64,000 nt of DNA from Felis catus (Eukaryota). Position 1 is the first letter of the stretch. The number at the start of each line of letters is the position of its first letter. Both the position numbers and the translations under genes were made by a program. The stretch spans positions 44,208,001-44,272,000 of the forward strand of contig NC_058368.1 in the NCBI RefSeq assembly GCF_018350175.1. The letters run 5' to 3'. The notes under the pieces are model-generated. The model made no database searches. It was not told the origin of the DNA and saw only the letters and a list, made by a program, of their open reading frames with translations. Below are positions 25,231-39,079 of the stretch, piece after piece.

Positions 25231-26379
25231 CCTTGGAGAAAAATTTGGCCATATCTACTGAAAAAATATTGTTTTGTACTGTGTCAAAATTTATTTTACA
25301 TATAAACGTACAAATATATAAACATATTTAAACTATTAATTTCATAGAATTATAAACTATGTGAAAATGTACAACCATACTAGTTATGTATATTAACTTG
25401 CTCCCATTAAAATTATACATAAGACTAGCTAGGTATATTAAATTTTTTCTTTTGAGTGTTATAATAATCTGTGATTTAATAAAATAGAGGTTCTATATAG
25501 TATATCAATGAATCATAACCAATTTAAAAAAAAGTAGTCATCAAGTAAAGCAAGGGAGAAACAGGGAATATAGTATTGAGTCATTCTCATTACACATCCA
25601 TGTTTACCCCCTCCCTACACAGCTGCACAGATGATCTCTTGGAAAATCAGAAGGAAATATTAGATCCTGATAGAATGGTTATCTCTGGAGTGGAAAATTA
25701 TGTTCTTAATGGATAGCAATATTTTTTCCTTAATTTCCTTTTTCTTTCCTCATTGTGTGTGTGTGTGTGGGTGGGTGCGCGCACGTGTAATTGCTTGGGT
25801 TTAACCAGGGATGAGTATTATTATTCCAAAAGTAATCAAAAAAGTTAAAACTATCTATTTTTTATGTATTATGTGTTCCTTCTTGTGAAATAGAATACTA
25901 AATATGAATCTCTTCCTTTAAATATAAGTGTGCTTGGATAGATTTGTCTATGGTGTGCATGCTTTAAAAAGCACATAATTAATTTAAATATGTCAGTAAT
26001 AATGACATTTTTGTTAAATTAAATCTGCATTTTAAACACATGGAAAACAATTACAGAAACTAATATGATATTTTAAAATCTGAAATAATAAAAATAATTA
26101 CATCAAAAGTTTTCAGAGCTCTAAATTAACCACTTAACTCAGTAGTATCTAAAGTGTAATTTTAAATACATTAACCATTTATGTGACATTTGATCTATAT
26201 TCTAAGCTTCAATTGACTTATTATCTTAATATTAAAGTAAAAATATACCTAATAACAGACTACTGTGAAAACATGGCCTTAATTACAAATAAAATTGAAT
26301 TGTATAGGTAAAAGATTCAGTAAATTCATATTATTTAATAAAAGACAAAATGCAGTGGCAAGTCATTCCAGCTAACATA

Positions 26380-26509
26380 TTTTATTTTATTTTATTTTTT
26401 AATTTGTATTTATTTTTTAAAGTGGGCTCCATGCCCAACGTGGGGCTCAAAATCATGACCCTGGGATCAAGAGTTGTATTTTCTACCAACCGAGCCAGCC
26501 AGGCGCCCC
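26380..26509 (-). mobile_element. Short SINEC variant
   Basis: (TTTTA)n tail, GTGGGGCTCAAAATCATGACCCTG and AGCCAGCCAGGCGCCCC. Confidence 0.85.
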
Positions 26510-27784
26510 CTAGCAGACTTATTTTAAATGTTCTTGGTGGAATAACTTAACCACATATGAATGTCAATAATCACTATTCTCTGCCCCACAAAAAAATATA
26601 TGAATTAATTGGTTGAAAGGGAAATATGAGAATCAAGAATATATATACTAAAATAAAATAGATTTGATAAATACAGAATAGTTCTTAATGGATCATGCAA
26701 TGAAACTGACAAATATCTAGAAAGATTATTTACCAAGAAAATAAATATATTAAGAAAATGTGTTACAAATATGAATAGGTTAAACATACCACAGCATTAT
26801 GGAATATAGACCATGGATTATGTGTTCTAATAAACTTAAAATTTCTGGGGGAAATATACAGAATTACAATACACAAATACTTATATACATATTAATCATA
26901 TACATTAATTAACATTTATCAGAGCATCATTTTTTATGATAAATAATTGCTATAACCCATTTGCCCAATAATGGGGATAAGCTAAATACAGTTTGGTAAA
27001 TACATAAATGAGAATAATAAAAAATAGCAAAAGTAATGCCATAGAATAACATTTTGCAAAAATGTTAGTAACATATAAGAGAAAAATTGCATTATTAATA
27101 GTAGTGCATTTGATTAAGAGATAGATACATGTATATACATATATTTCATTTTATGGATAAATATGTACCATAATAATAGCAATTATAAGGCATGATATTA
27201 GGAATAAATATTTTACAGAACATTTTGTTTTAAAAAATATTTGACAGTATATGTGCTACTCTAAAATGGTAGAAAAAATAAGAAAAAAATTATATATATT
27301 TTTTTGCCCTGGTAAACTATAATTCTAAATCTAATCTGTCACAAACATCTACCTGGCTCTTAATTGAACTGAGAGTTGTTATCTCAAATGACATGCTTCA
27401 TGTGAAAATGCTTATCCTCTCTTAATCAAGTGATCATTATTTTCCTAACAACTTACTAATAACGTTAAAGTTGATTTTGCAATGCACATAGTCACTCATT
27501 TTATACAACAAAGTCAAATTTCTTATAATAAGTTACATTCTGTATAGAATGTTTTGATCACTTCAAATCTGAATATTTTTCAAATGAGCAGCTACCTGGA
27601 CAATTGAATCTGTTCAAACAAAATTAAATAGGAAGCAAAATATTTCAATATAGCTAATTAATTTACCCTGTGAATAAATAAAAATAAACTACAGGTGAAA
27701 AATAATTTGTGTTCTTCTATTATGTTACCATTCATATTCATATTATATATATAACATATATAATTAAAACATAAATATAAAAAA

Positions 27785-28034
27785 ACATGTATAAAACATA
27801 TATGTATATGTATATATATGTATATGTATATATGTATATATGTATATGTATATATGTGTATATATGTATATATGTATATATATGTATATGTATATGTCAC
27901 ACTCATACATATATATGTCATATATATGTATACGTATATATGTATATGTCACACTCACGTGCAGGGATATATATATGTATATATATATATATATTTTTTA
28001 TATATATATATAAAAACATATATGTATGTATATG

Positions 28035-28086
<52 letters not shown>
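27785..28086. repeat. Compound (TA)n/(TATATG)n/(TG)n microsatellite
   Basis: Direct reading; contains embedded non-repeat GTCACACTCA... segments (see findings). Confidence 0.97.
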
Positions 28087-28087
<1 letters not shown>

Positions 28088-28130
28088 TTTTTTTTTCCAA
28101 TGAGCAAAACATGTTAGAAATGGTGATGTG

Positions 28131-28311
28131 GGGGCACATGGGTGGCTCAGTCGGTTGAACGTCCGACTTTAGGTAAGGTCATGATCTCCTGGTTCATGAA
28201 TTCAAGCCCCGCATTGTGCTCACTGCTATCCACACAGAGGCTACTTCAGATCCTCTGTCCGCCTCTCCCCTGCTTGCACTTTCCCCCCCAAAAAAAATTG
28301 AAAAAAAAAAA
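28131..28311 (+). mobile_element. SINEC
   Basis: GGGGCACATGGGTGGCTCAGTCGG head and A tail; TSD AGAAATGGTGATGTG / AGAAATGATGATATG. Confidence 0.9.
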
Positions 28312-30486
28312 AGAAATGATGATATGTTTTGGAAACAAAGATACAAACTAAGCACAATTCCTATACCCAATAAGAGACAAGAATACTTTCATTATTTTTG
28401 GGAAGAAAAGCCATTATATCTACCTGCCAGAAACTTCATGAAGGAATAGTGTTCAAAGGTAAAGAAAAATTGGAAAAGCAAGAAGTGTTTCTACAATTCA
28501 AAGGAAATGGCAAGTGTATAACCAAAACCCATAAACAGAATTGAAAAGTACATGTGAAAAAGGGTGATTTCTAGGAAATAACGTTGAAAAGTCTGACAAG
28601 AGTCATGTCACTGATAAATTCTCCTCCAGGCAAACACAGCTAAATATACAGTAAGAATGGGCATGCTACTAAAGTGAATTTGAACAGGAAAATAAAAATT
28701 ATATTCCCACTAAAAGAAGTCTGGAACGAGGAAGTTACAGATTAAGGTTACATACCTGCCTTACTATTGCATACCCAAATATTAGACAGAAACAAAGATG
28801 TCAATAATAATAGTGCCATTGTGTTTCTGAGGTCAAAGAAAGCTACAAAAAGGGTGGGCAAAGTTCAAGGAAATGGTGGCTCAATGGGGTTCAAGAAAAA
28901 TTTAAGTTCTATAGGCTATGAGCTGGAATTCAATAGGCATCTGAACATAGCAGTAACGGCATTTGACCTGCACTAAGTGAGAGGTTTGATTTGAGATTCT
29001 TCCGTAAAGGTGAGGATCTGTGAAAAAATTATCAAAATAAATACCACCCATGAGTCCGGGGGAGTGCCTTGTCTTTACCTCACATTTAGTTAAAAACAAA
29101 AATTTGTGTGTGTATACATTGACTCCAACTTAAACTATTCCATTATAGTTATTATCAAACCTGAAACCTTTTTATAAAACCAAGCTTGAAGAGGATGGAA
29201 TGTAAGGGAAGCAGACTAGAAAAAAATCTGCACAGTGGCTAGATATCAGTGAATAAAACATGTCTACTTATTTCATGGTTTAATGGGTGGGAAAGAGATT
29301 GTTAATAGAATAAGACTCATGACTTAAAATAAAATAATACTGGTAGGACTGCTGAAATGAAGGAATGAACCATAACCCATTCCTCCAGGATATCAAGAAA
29401 AATTCTGGCAAAAATGATCAAAACATGTTTAGAATTCTGGAAATTAAACAAAAGCTTTCACAAAAAAATCTAAGAACTCTTCAAGATCACCTGCTTAATC
29501 TCAGTAGGAACAGCAAGGTTTGTAGTGTTGTATATCAGTGTCTTCCCTGTTCCCACCCATCACATTGCAAATACAGTGGATGTGTGAAACCAGCAGCCTC
29601 AAAACTACCAAGGCAAACAGAAAATGTATGGAGTTACCAAAGGTTCCTTTTACAGACCACTGCCACTTCTTGACCTGCCTTGCAACTCCATGAGGAAGAC
29701 CCATTCCCAGGGCATTGCTGTTGTATGTCTCCACTGGAGCTTCATTTGAGAAATGTTTACCCCTCCAACAATTATTGTAAATAATCAATAGTTTGTTTAA
29801 CACTGCAGACGACTGAGGTTATGACACCTGGCGATACAATCAAGAGCATGGACACAACTTAAAAGGAAGAGATGGGAAATGAGATATTCACAGAGAAAGC
29901 TTTGAAAAGCTCTAATATTTTCCCTAGGGAACCTAGAAAGTCACACTCACGTGCAGGGCTACATGTATGCCCAGGAAAGACTTGAGTGGGGCCCAATCTC
30001 TCACCTTGGTCAATCTTAAGTCCCTTCACAAGCAACATGTGAAAGCTAATGCAGAGTTGTAAACTACCTAAGAACTGAAAGCATGCTCCAACTCACACAT
30101 GAAAGTGTGGGAGATGTACTAGTGCATAATGAGACTCCCAGGACAGTAGAGAGAGAGAAGTGGACAGAAATAATGATTTAAGACTTTGAAAAACTGATGA
30201 AAAATACTAATCTACACACACCTCATAAATTCAACAAATTCCAAGAATAATTAAATGAAAGAGATCCACACCCAATCTCATAAATATCAAATTTTCAAAA
30301 AACAAAGACAAAAAGCATTAAGAGAAAAAGATGTCATCATATAAAAGAAACTATGGAGGCCAGAAGGCAATAAGGACACCATATTCAAAGTGGTGGAGGA
30401 AAGAAGATGATCAGCAAAGAAATCTTTATCCAGAAAGCATACTTTCAAAATGAAGGAGAAATTAAAAGACCTCAAGATAAACAAAA

Positions 30487-30490
<4 letters not shown>

Positions 30491-30539
<49 letters not shown>
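30491..30539. repeat. (GA)n microsatellite
   Basis: About 24 GA units inside the old L1. Confidence 0.97.
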
Positions 30540-30541
<2 letters not shown>

Positions 30542-30783
30542 TGCAGACTTTCCCTTCAAGAAAGAAAATTGTTTTGGATGGAATGAAAGAACAATTCAAC
30601 TGAAATCAGCACCATGAAATGAAGAACACTGAACAAAGTTACCCATATAGGTAAATATGAAGGACACCCAAAAGTATTTTTGTAACCATTTTCTTCTCCC
30701 TTAATATTACAATGCAACTTTATAAAGTAATAATTATAAAACAATTTTGATGAGATAACAATTACAAAGACACTATTATTTTT

Positions 30784-30998
30784 ATATAAAGTTTATTTAT
30801 TTATTTTTGGGGGAGAGAAAGTGGGAATACAAGAGAAGGAAAGAGAGAGAGAGGGAGAGAGAGAGAGAGAGGGAGAGAGAGAGATTCCCAAGCAGGCTCC
30901 AGGATGACAGGGTGGGACTTGCGCCCATGAACTGTGAAATCATGACCTGAGCCTAAACCAAATAGGACACTTAACTGACTAAGCTACCCAGATGCCCC
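30784..30998 (-). mobile_element. SINEC within old L1
   Basis: TTTATTTATT tail, GA-rich tract and CTACCCAGATGCCCC head end. Confidence 0.88.
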
Positions 30999-33852
30999 AG
31001 AAAATATTATTTTAATAAAATAACTCAAATTAAGGGTGAGGAAATAGTCTACAAGAAGGCATTGTTTCTGGATGCTTTTTAATTAAATGAATATTAACCT
31101 GATCTCTATTCTTTTAAATTATGAGGTAATACCCTTAGCATCCTCCTCTGCCCCCTCCCACAAATCTCAAAATGTTTATTTAAAAAGAAACAAAAACAAG
31201 AGAATTAAAAAGAAACAGTGAAAATATCTATTTAACATGAAAGAAGGCAACAATAGAGGAAAAGGGGAGCAAATACATAAGACAAATAGCAAATAGAAAC
31301 TAAATAGCCAAATGGTAGACATAAATCTTATCAAATCAGTGATCACGATAAATGTGAATAGGTTAAACATTCCAAAAGGCAGGGATAATTGGATGGATAC
31401 AAAACATTGCTGTCTATAAGACACATACTTTAGATTCAAAGACATAAATAGTTTGAAAGTAAAAAATGGGAAGATATTATGCAAAATGTAACCAATACAC
31501 TAAATTGACCTTCAGACAACAAAAGTTTTTACTAGAGACAAAGGATATTTTATAATGATAAAATAGAGTAATTCATTCTGAAGATATGATAATTATAGCC
31601 ACACATGCTCATAACAATATTATCCCAAATTACAAGAAATAAATAACTGAAAACATTTTAAGGAAGAAATAAACAACTCAACAATATTAGTTGGGGACTT
31701 CCATACCCTATTTTCATTAATGGATAGGTAGGAGATCACCAAAGAAATAGAATCCTTGAACAACATTATGAAATAGCTAAACCTAACCAAATAAAATATG
31801 GGAAATTCACAAAGAAGTAAATGTCAAACAACACACATCTCTATAACCAATGGATCAAGGAGATCTCATATAAGGAATTCTAAAATACTTGGAGATATAT
31901 GAAAGGGAAAGCACAACCCACCAAACGTATGGGATGTAGATATAGCAGTGTTTAGAGGGAAATTTATAGATGGAAAAGACTACTTTTCAAAACAAAAAAA
32001 GGATCTCAAATCAATTGACCATTTTTTTTCTAATGATCTAGGAGAAAGGAACAAATTAAAACCAAAGCCAGCAGGAAAAAAAGAAGAAAATTATAAATAT
32101 TAGAATAGAAATTAGCGAAATAGAAAAAAAAAAACAATAGAGAAAATCAACCAAAAGTTGGTTCTTTGTAAAGAGCTTTGTAATTAACTAATCCTTAGCT
32201 AGACTGAAGAAGAGAAATCAAAACCAGAACAAACAAACAATAATTCCATAAAACCAAACCAAACAAACAAAAACTCAGAGATATTAGCATTCACTAAAAT
32301 CAGAATGAAAGAGGAGAGAGACATCAATACCTACCATAAAGAAATACAAAGGTATATCAGAGAATCCTATAAACAATTGAATTCCAACAAGTTAGATATC
32401 TAAGATACTAAGATGAAATAGATAAATTCCTAGAAAGACATATTACACCAAAACTAACAAACAGAAAATCTGAATCTTTAATAACTGAAAATATTGAATT
32501 AGTAATTTTAAAATTTCCCACCAATCAATCAAACAAACAAAACAACAAAAAAAAGAAAACATAGTCTCAGTTGTCTTCACTGGCAAATTCCACCAAAAAC
32601 TGTACATAAGAATTGACAATCCTTTAAAACTCTTCCAAAAAATTGAGGAGAAGCAAATACTTCCCTACCAATTCTAAGAGGCCAGTATGAATCTGACAGT
32701 AAAACAAGACACGGATACCATAAAAAAGATAAAAAACTACTGAACTATGTATCTTATAAATACAGACAAAAGTCCTCAAAAAGTACTAGCAAAACAAATC
32801 CAGCAATTTCTAAAATAATAAAAGAACAACCCAATTTTAAAATGAGAAAAAAAGATTTGAAGAGATATTTCTCTAAAGAAGAAATACAAATACCTAATAA
32901 GCTTAATAAAATATGCTCATATTCATTAGTTATTAGTAAATGCAAATAAAAACTATACTGAGGTTATAACTTCACACTTATTAAAATGGCTAAATAAAAA
33001 GAAGTCATATAATGACAGGTGTTGGAAAGAATGGAAAGAAATTGAAGTCTTCATGCATGGCATGTGGGAATGTCAAATGATGCAATCACTTTCAAAAACA
33101 ATTTGGCAGTTCCTCAAAATATTAAACATAGTTACCATATGACTCAGCAATTATCCTGCTATGTATACACATAAAAGAACCATAAACATCCATGTAACAA
33201 TTTGTACTGAACAGTTCATAGTAACGTTATCCATAATAGCCAAAAAGTGGAAACAATCCAAATGCCCATCAATGGATGAATGGATCATTAAAATACAGCG
33301 TATCTAGTAAACAGCATATTATTCAGCAATGTAAAGGAATTGATGTTGATACATTCTTCAACGTGGAATGAACCTTGAAAACATAAAGCTACTTGAAATG
33401 CCAGTCACCAAAGAAATTTATTATGTGGCATCATTTGTATGAAATTTCCAGAATAAACCAATTTATAGAAACAGGCAGTAGATTCGTGGTTTCTGGGAGG
33501 TGGAAAAAATGGTGAATGAGAGGGATTGCTAAGGGGAATAAAAGTTCTGTCTGGAGAGATGGAAATGTTCTAAAGGGAAATCATGACAGTGGTTGCACAA
33601 ATCTATGCATATACTAAAAACATTGTATTGTACATCTTAAATGATGGATTTTATAGGTTGTGGTTTCTATCTCAATAAATTTGTTTTAAAATTTGTCAAC
33701 AAATTTGTGAATGAAACAGAATTATCTCCACCCACCTCTCCACATAGATAAGGATCAAAGGAGCTATTGGATGTAAAAGCTGTAAGGTGTAAGCTGCTTT
33801 TAATGTGAGCAGTAACCTAAAAACCATATGACTAAAATTTTTTACTGTAACA

Positions 33853-34040
33853 GGGGTGTCTGGGTGGTTCAGTAGGTTAAGCACCTGACTCCTAATATCA
33901 GCTCAGGTCATGACCTTGCCATTGTGAGATCGAGCCCTGCATTGGGCCTCACACTGGTTGTGGAGCCTGCTTAAGATTTTCTCTCTTCCTCTCCCTTTGC
34001 CCCTCTACTGCTCTCCTGCTCATGTCTCTAAAAAACAAAA
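33853..34040 (+). mobile_element. SINEC
   Basis: GGGGTGTCTGGGTGGTTCAG head, GAGCCTGCTTAAGATT and A tail. Confidence 0.88.
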
Positions 34041-34347
34041 TGGACTACGGTAGAAATTTATTTGTAAAAAAGCTAATTTCATGCATACTCACAATCCATA
34101 AACTTAAACATTAAAGACAGAACATTATCATTCATAGAATGAAAGGAGATAGACATAAAGATAAATAAAACTAATTCAGAAGGTAAAAAAGAAATGTCTT
34201 TTCCAAATGGGAAACTGGTATTTGATAGAGGAAATGTAAAATAAAAAAGTCCAAAAGGAATAAAATAGAAGAGAAGATTTGTAACAAGAAGGAATACTAT
34301 GATTGAAATGGCTAAAATGGCTTTATCGTTAAAAATGAGTACACGGA

Positions 34348-34567
34348 GGGGCGCCTACGTGGCAGAGTCAGTTAAGCATCTCACTCTTGACTTCAGCTCA
34401 GGTCATGATCTCTCGGTTAGTGAGTTGGAGCCCCGTGTCAGGCTCTGTACTGAGAGTGCAAAGCCTGCTTGGGATTCTCTCATTCCCTCTCTGCCCCTAT
34501 CCCACTTATGTGCTCTCTCTCTCTCTCTCACTCTCTCTTTCTCAAAATAAATAAACTTAAAAAAAAT
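34348..34567 (+). mobile_element. SINEC
   Basis: TSD TTAAAAATGAGTACAC(G/A)GA at 34329-34347 / 34568-34586. Confidence 0.93.
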
Positions 34568-37504
34568 TTAAAAATGAGTACACAGAAAGCTAAATAAGCA
34601 TGAAAATAAAAATTGTATTAACTTGATAAATATAAAAATATAAAATAAGAAATAAGATGTAGAGTATTTACACAATGAATCATCGTGAAATAAAATGAAT
34701 ATAAAATGAATCACTTGGGAATAGTATCTATAAATCTGTCATGATGTAAAGCCTAGATATTGATCACACAAATGTGATAATGTAATTTTATTGGAAAGAC
34801 AGGGCAGAGCTGTATGCACGTTTTAGGGTTGATGTGAGAAAGACATCTAAAACTTTATCCCCTAGCTGAAAATATTAGAAATTGCCTAAAACCAAAAGGT
34901 GAATAAATGTCAGTATAAACACAGTATTTAAAGACCTGAAGGTCAAAACCATTAAATTAAATAGCTAAAATAATCAAAATTGCTTGCCTCTGGGTTGCAG
35001 AAAACATGGCTAAAAGGAAGCATTTGCCTTTAATAATTTTGCATGCATAGTTTTGATCAAAATGAAGAGAACAGTAAATAAAACTATCAGATTCAATACC
35101 TGTCAAATTTAATAGTGAGAAAATAGCTTTAACTTTGTATTCTTCTGAATATTTGAAATATCTCATACTTTTTTAAAGATACTTTTTATATTTTATGAAA
35201 TGAGCAAATCTCCTTACTATGTCCACTCCTTTTTACCTGTAATTAGAAATACATTAACAGATGGGCTTCCTTGTAAAATAGAGGAAAGCATTACTTTTCT
35301 TTTTCTCAAATTTGTAATTTCAAAAGCCTTTTGGCCTTTAGAAGTAATATTAACAATTCATACCTAACCTACAAAAACTACTTGTTATTGTTTCCTTAGA
35401 ATGTATAGATAACCTTTTCTAACATGTGATGTCATGTTTGAGTAACAGTTAAAACCCAGATTTTTTTTCTGTTAATTACTACATATATATTCAACAAATA
35501 GAAGAATCGAGTGCTTAATACTCTTTTGAATCTGGAATCAAACAATTTTTTTTCTGCACTTTGAATGAATTTTTAATTTTATAATGAACTTAGTTTAATT
35601 TCTTTCAGGAACCCATTAGTAGAAATGTAATCATATTGTTTGTTAGTTCTTATTCACATTCCACATATCTTTAGTAATTATGAACTCTGATTATAAATTA
35701 TGTACAGATATGATTCTTTTCAGTAGCTTCTAAATAGTTATAAGCAAATGTCTAAATCTACCTTTGCTGCATTTTGATGTCTATACCAGTTGGTGGCCTA
35801 GATCCCAGCTTGATGCCAAAAAGATTATTTTTGTTGAGGACTCTTTAATTTTTGCCAAAAGTCTGTCAAGGCAGATTGAAAAAGTGTCCTATTGTTTTTT
35901 TCTTAAATTTGATTGCTACAATTAAGATACAATAAAGCTTTTCTGGTGTGCTTCCTGCATTCACATGTAGGGGGTACACTGAAAACAGTTCTTTTGTATC
36001 CTAACTCTTTTGCAAAGTCAGTTGGAAATATCTTATTATCCCTCTTTGCCTAATTCTTTCATCAATAAAAAAGGAAAAGGTGCATCATTTGTCTTTTCTC
36101 TTTAAAAGGAAAGAAAAATTGATTGTAAAACAAAGCAAAATGTATAGCAGGCTATACTAATAATAAACCAAACTGTTTAATCTCAATATCAATAATCATT
36201 CAAGTCTTATATTGCCTATCTGCAATCTAATTACTTGAGTATTTCATATATGACCTCTCTTTTTCTTCCTGACGATTAGTGAATATTCTTCCATTTTGTA
36301 ATGAAGACAATAGAAATTCTATAAGTGAGTGTATATCAGGCTAAAATAATAAAATAAAGGGGAAATTGATTTTAAAAAGCTTTAACAAAAGCCTTCTGAA
36401 TGAGGACATGGCCCCACCATTTCTGCTTCTCCTATGGCTCTGTTCCATTGATTATAGTGTCCTTGGCGGTGGAGGTCACGTTAATTTTATCGCATCCAAG
36501 GATTCTAGGTGAAATATGTGGCACATGTGCAGGCTGCATGCTCGTTTGTCACATTATTACTTGCTGTCACTTTTGAAGGTAGGTGTCTTTTTGAAGAATG
36601 TGCCACAGCTAGAGGGTCATGTTATTTGCATAAAGCTCCGAAAGCTGTCTTTCCAGAGAGAATGCCTAGGATGTTGCTTCATTTTCTGTTTACAGAAAGC
36701 ATATAGGGGACAGCTGTCAGAAGCCGATGCTGACTCTCTTGTACATGGATAGTTCTCAGAAAAAATTGCTTAACAACATATTAATGAATTGTAACTAAAA
36801 ATTCCATTTACTGGTCTGCATGTTAATTTTACCACGCAGAATAAAGTAGTTCTGGTCTGCTGACAGCAGATATTTTTGCTTTATAATGTCAAAAGATGCC
36901 TATAAATTGAAGTGATTTATAGAAGCTTCTATTGCTTTTGGTTGATAACCAAATAATTTCCTTCCTTTACAAAATTAGAGGAAGGAGGATAGAGCTGTAT
37001 TTTTGAAGCTATTACAATGATTTTGCTAAAGATCTTAGGAAGGTTTTCAAAATAATGCAAGGGTAAATGTTATCATTGCAGCTAAAATTATATTATTATG
37101 CATATTGTATAAGAACTTTAAAAAATAAGATGACATTTAAAAAATATGAATAATCTGATGGGTGAATAAATACACATTTTTTGAAATAATGTATAAGATT
37201 AGTATTTTTTAAAAAGCTATGATTTTTAATACGGTGTAGCAATGAAATTATTCCAACCTACAAGGACAAATAAAAAAAGCTATCTCTCTTCTATGTAATG
37301 AGATTTTTTTAGCATAATTAAGAAAAGTGTACAAACGGATATATAATTATATACATGTCCATATGCTCAAATTCTCTTGATTAAAAACAAGACAGAAACA
37401 TATTCAATCAAAATAAGGAATATAAACAATGTACTACTTCAAACATGTTACTTAGCTTATTATTTACTTTGGTGGATTAAAGGTAACTATAAATTCTTTT
37501 TTTC

Positions 37505-37965
37505 TAATGTACATCAACGAGATAGGTCTTTTACTTCGCCTTGAATCTGGACAGGGAAGTGGGCTGCTTTTATCAATACAGTGGGACAGAAGTATTGGTT
37601 TTGCTGTTCCCTGGATCTTAGGGAACTGGGGTATTTTCCACTTCCTCTCTCATAGGACACTTTCCAAATTGCTACATGAGAACTTTAACTAGGTTGATAC
37701 ACTACATGGAGGGGCTCCCTTGATAACGGTGACTCAGAGCTCAGCCTCCAGTCTTCCACACCTACGCGCCAGACATATGAACAAAGCCTTTTTGGACCCT
37801 TCAGCCCAACATAGTCGCCAGCTGAATACCATCGAATAACTTTATTAAAAGGCCTAGAGCACATGGAGCAGAAAATTGCCTACCCGAACTTGGCCTGAAT
37901 CCCTCATCCACAGATCATCAGTATCATAAAATGATTGCCGTTTTAAGTTTCACATAACTGGCAAC
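37505..37965 (+). mobile_element. MLT1 (G/H-like) solo LTR
   Basis: CCTTGAATCTGG...GCCAGACATATGA...GCCAGCTGAATACCA...CACATGGAGCAGAAAATTGCC...ATAAAATGATTG..GTTTTAAG. Confidence 0.75.
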
Positions 37966-38221
37966 AGTTAAATGAAACAACTGTGTGCATGTGCTTTAAA
38001 TCAGAAGTACTGATAATTCTGAAGTAGTTTTCAAACACAGTTTCTTTTTATTAGCAAGATCTTAAATGACTGTTAGAATTAAGCAAAATATTCTTCATAA
38101 TTTCCACAATCCCCAGTGAAGACAAGCTGAGTATTGTACAAAGAGATAGTTGAGGAAAGGTTGGGGATTTTGCTATTTGGTAGCCATGCATTTATTAGAC
38201 AGATCAATAAAATGTGTTCAA

Positions 38222-38464
38222 GGGGTGCCTGGGTGACTCATTTGGTTAAGCAACCAAATTTAGCTCAGCTCATGATCTCACAGTCTGTGAGTTTGAGCCC
38301 CATGTCAGGCTCTGTGCTGACAGCTCAGAGCCTAGAGCCTGCTTCGGATTCTGTCTCCCTCTCTCTCTCTGCCCTTCCCCCACTCACACTCTCTGTCTCT
38401 CTCAAAAGGAAATAAACATTAAAAATGAATAAAATAAAATAAAATAAAATAAAATAAAATAAAA
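38222..38464 (+). mobile_element. SINEC with (TAAAA)n tail
   Basis: GGGGTGCCTGGGTG head; TSD TAAAATGTGTTCAA / TAAAATATGTTCAA. Confidence 0.92.
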
Positions 38465-38789
38465 TAAAATATGTTCAATAATTCACGTTATATGTGCATA
38501 AAAGAAGGTAATCTAATTGGAATGTGACTCTCTCTTGCATTGATAATAACCTAATTGGTTTGAATGGTGATTTAAAGGTAAAGAACATGGAGAAGTAGAG
38601 AAAATGTATCAATTAGAACTTTTGATTATATTGAATAATAGAGATCGTAATTTTAAAAATTGTTTCTGAATCACATACAAACATGTTTTCTTTAAAAAAT
38701 ATGAATGTGATAGAATATTCAGTGAAACAGATTTTTATGTATGCTTCCTGATGAGAAAAACTTCAATCTAAATGTTTCCCATCACTCTT

Positions 38790-39034
38790 TTTTCTAGTGG
38801 AGATATATAGTTGTCTTAGAACATGGCCTCTAGAGGCAGATGACTTATCTTCTCAGGGAACCTGGGTGGTTCAGTAGGTTAAACGGCCGACTTCGGCTCA
38901 GGTCATGATCTCACAGCTGGTTAGTTGGAGCCCTGTGTCGGGCTCTGTGCTGACAGCTCACAGCCTGGATCCTGCTTCGGATTCTGTGTCTCCTTCTCTC
39001 TCTGCCCCTCCCCTGCTCACATTCTGTTATTCTG

Positions 39035-39079
<45 letters not shown>

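Larger units (their letters stand above)
29340..33690 (+). mobile_element. Old L1 (L1M4/L1MB-like), 5'-to-3' span with large internal deletions
   Basis: 5' region motifs (CTGGCAAAAATG...AGAATTCTGGAAATTAA; CCAGGAAAGAC...GCAGAGTTGTAAACT), ORF1 relics ~30140-30600, ORF2 relics ~31310-33400 and an L1MB-type 3' end (GATGGAAATGTTCTAAA...TATCTCAATAAA). Confidence 0.85.

Noticed and set aside
27658..28158. Tyr/Ile/Cys/Val-rich ORFs
   Set aside because: Translations of (TA)/(TG) microsatellites.
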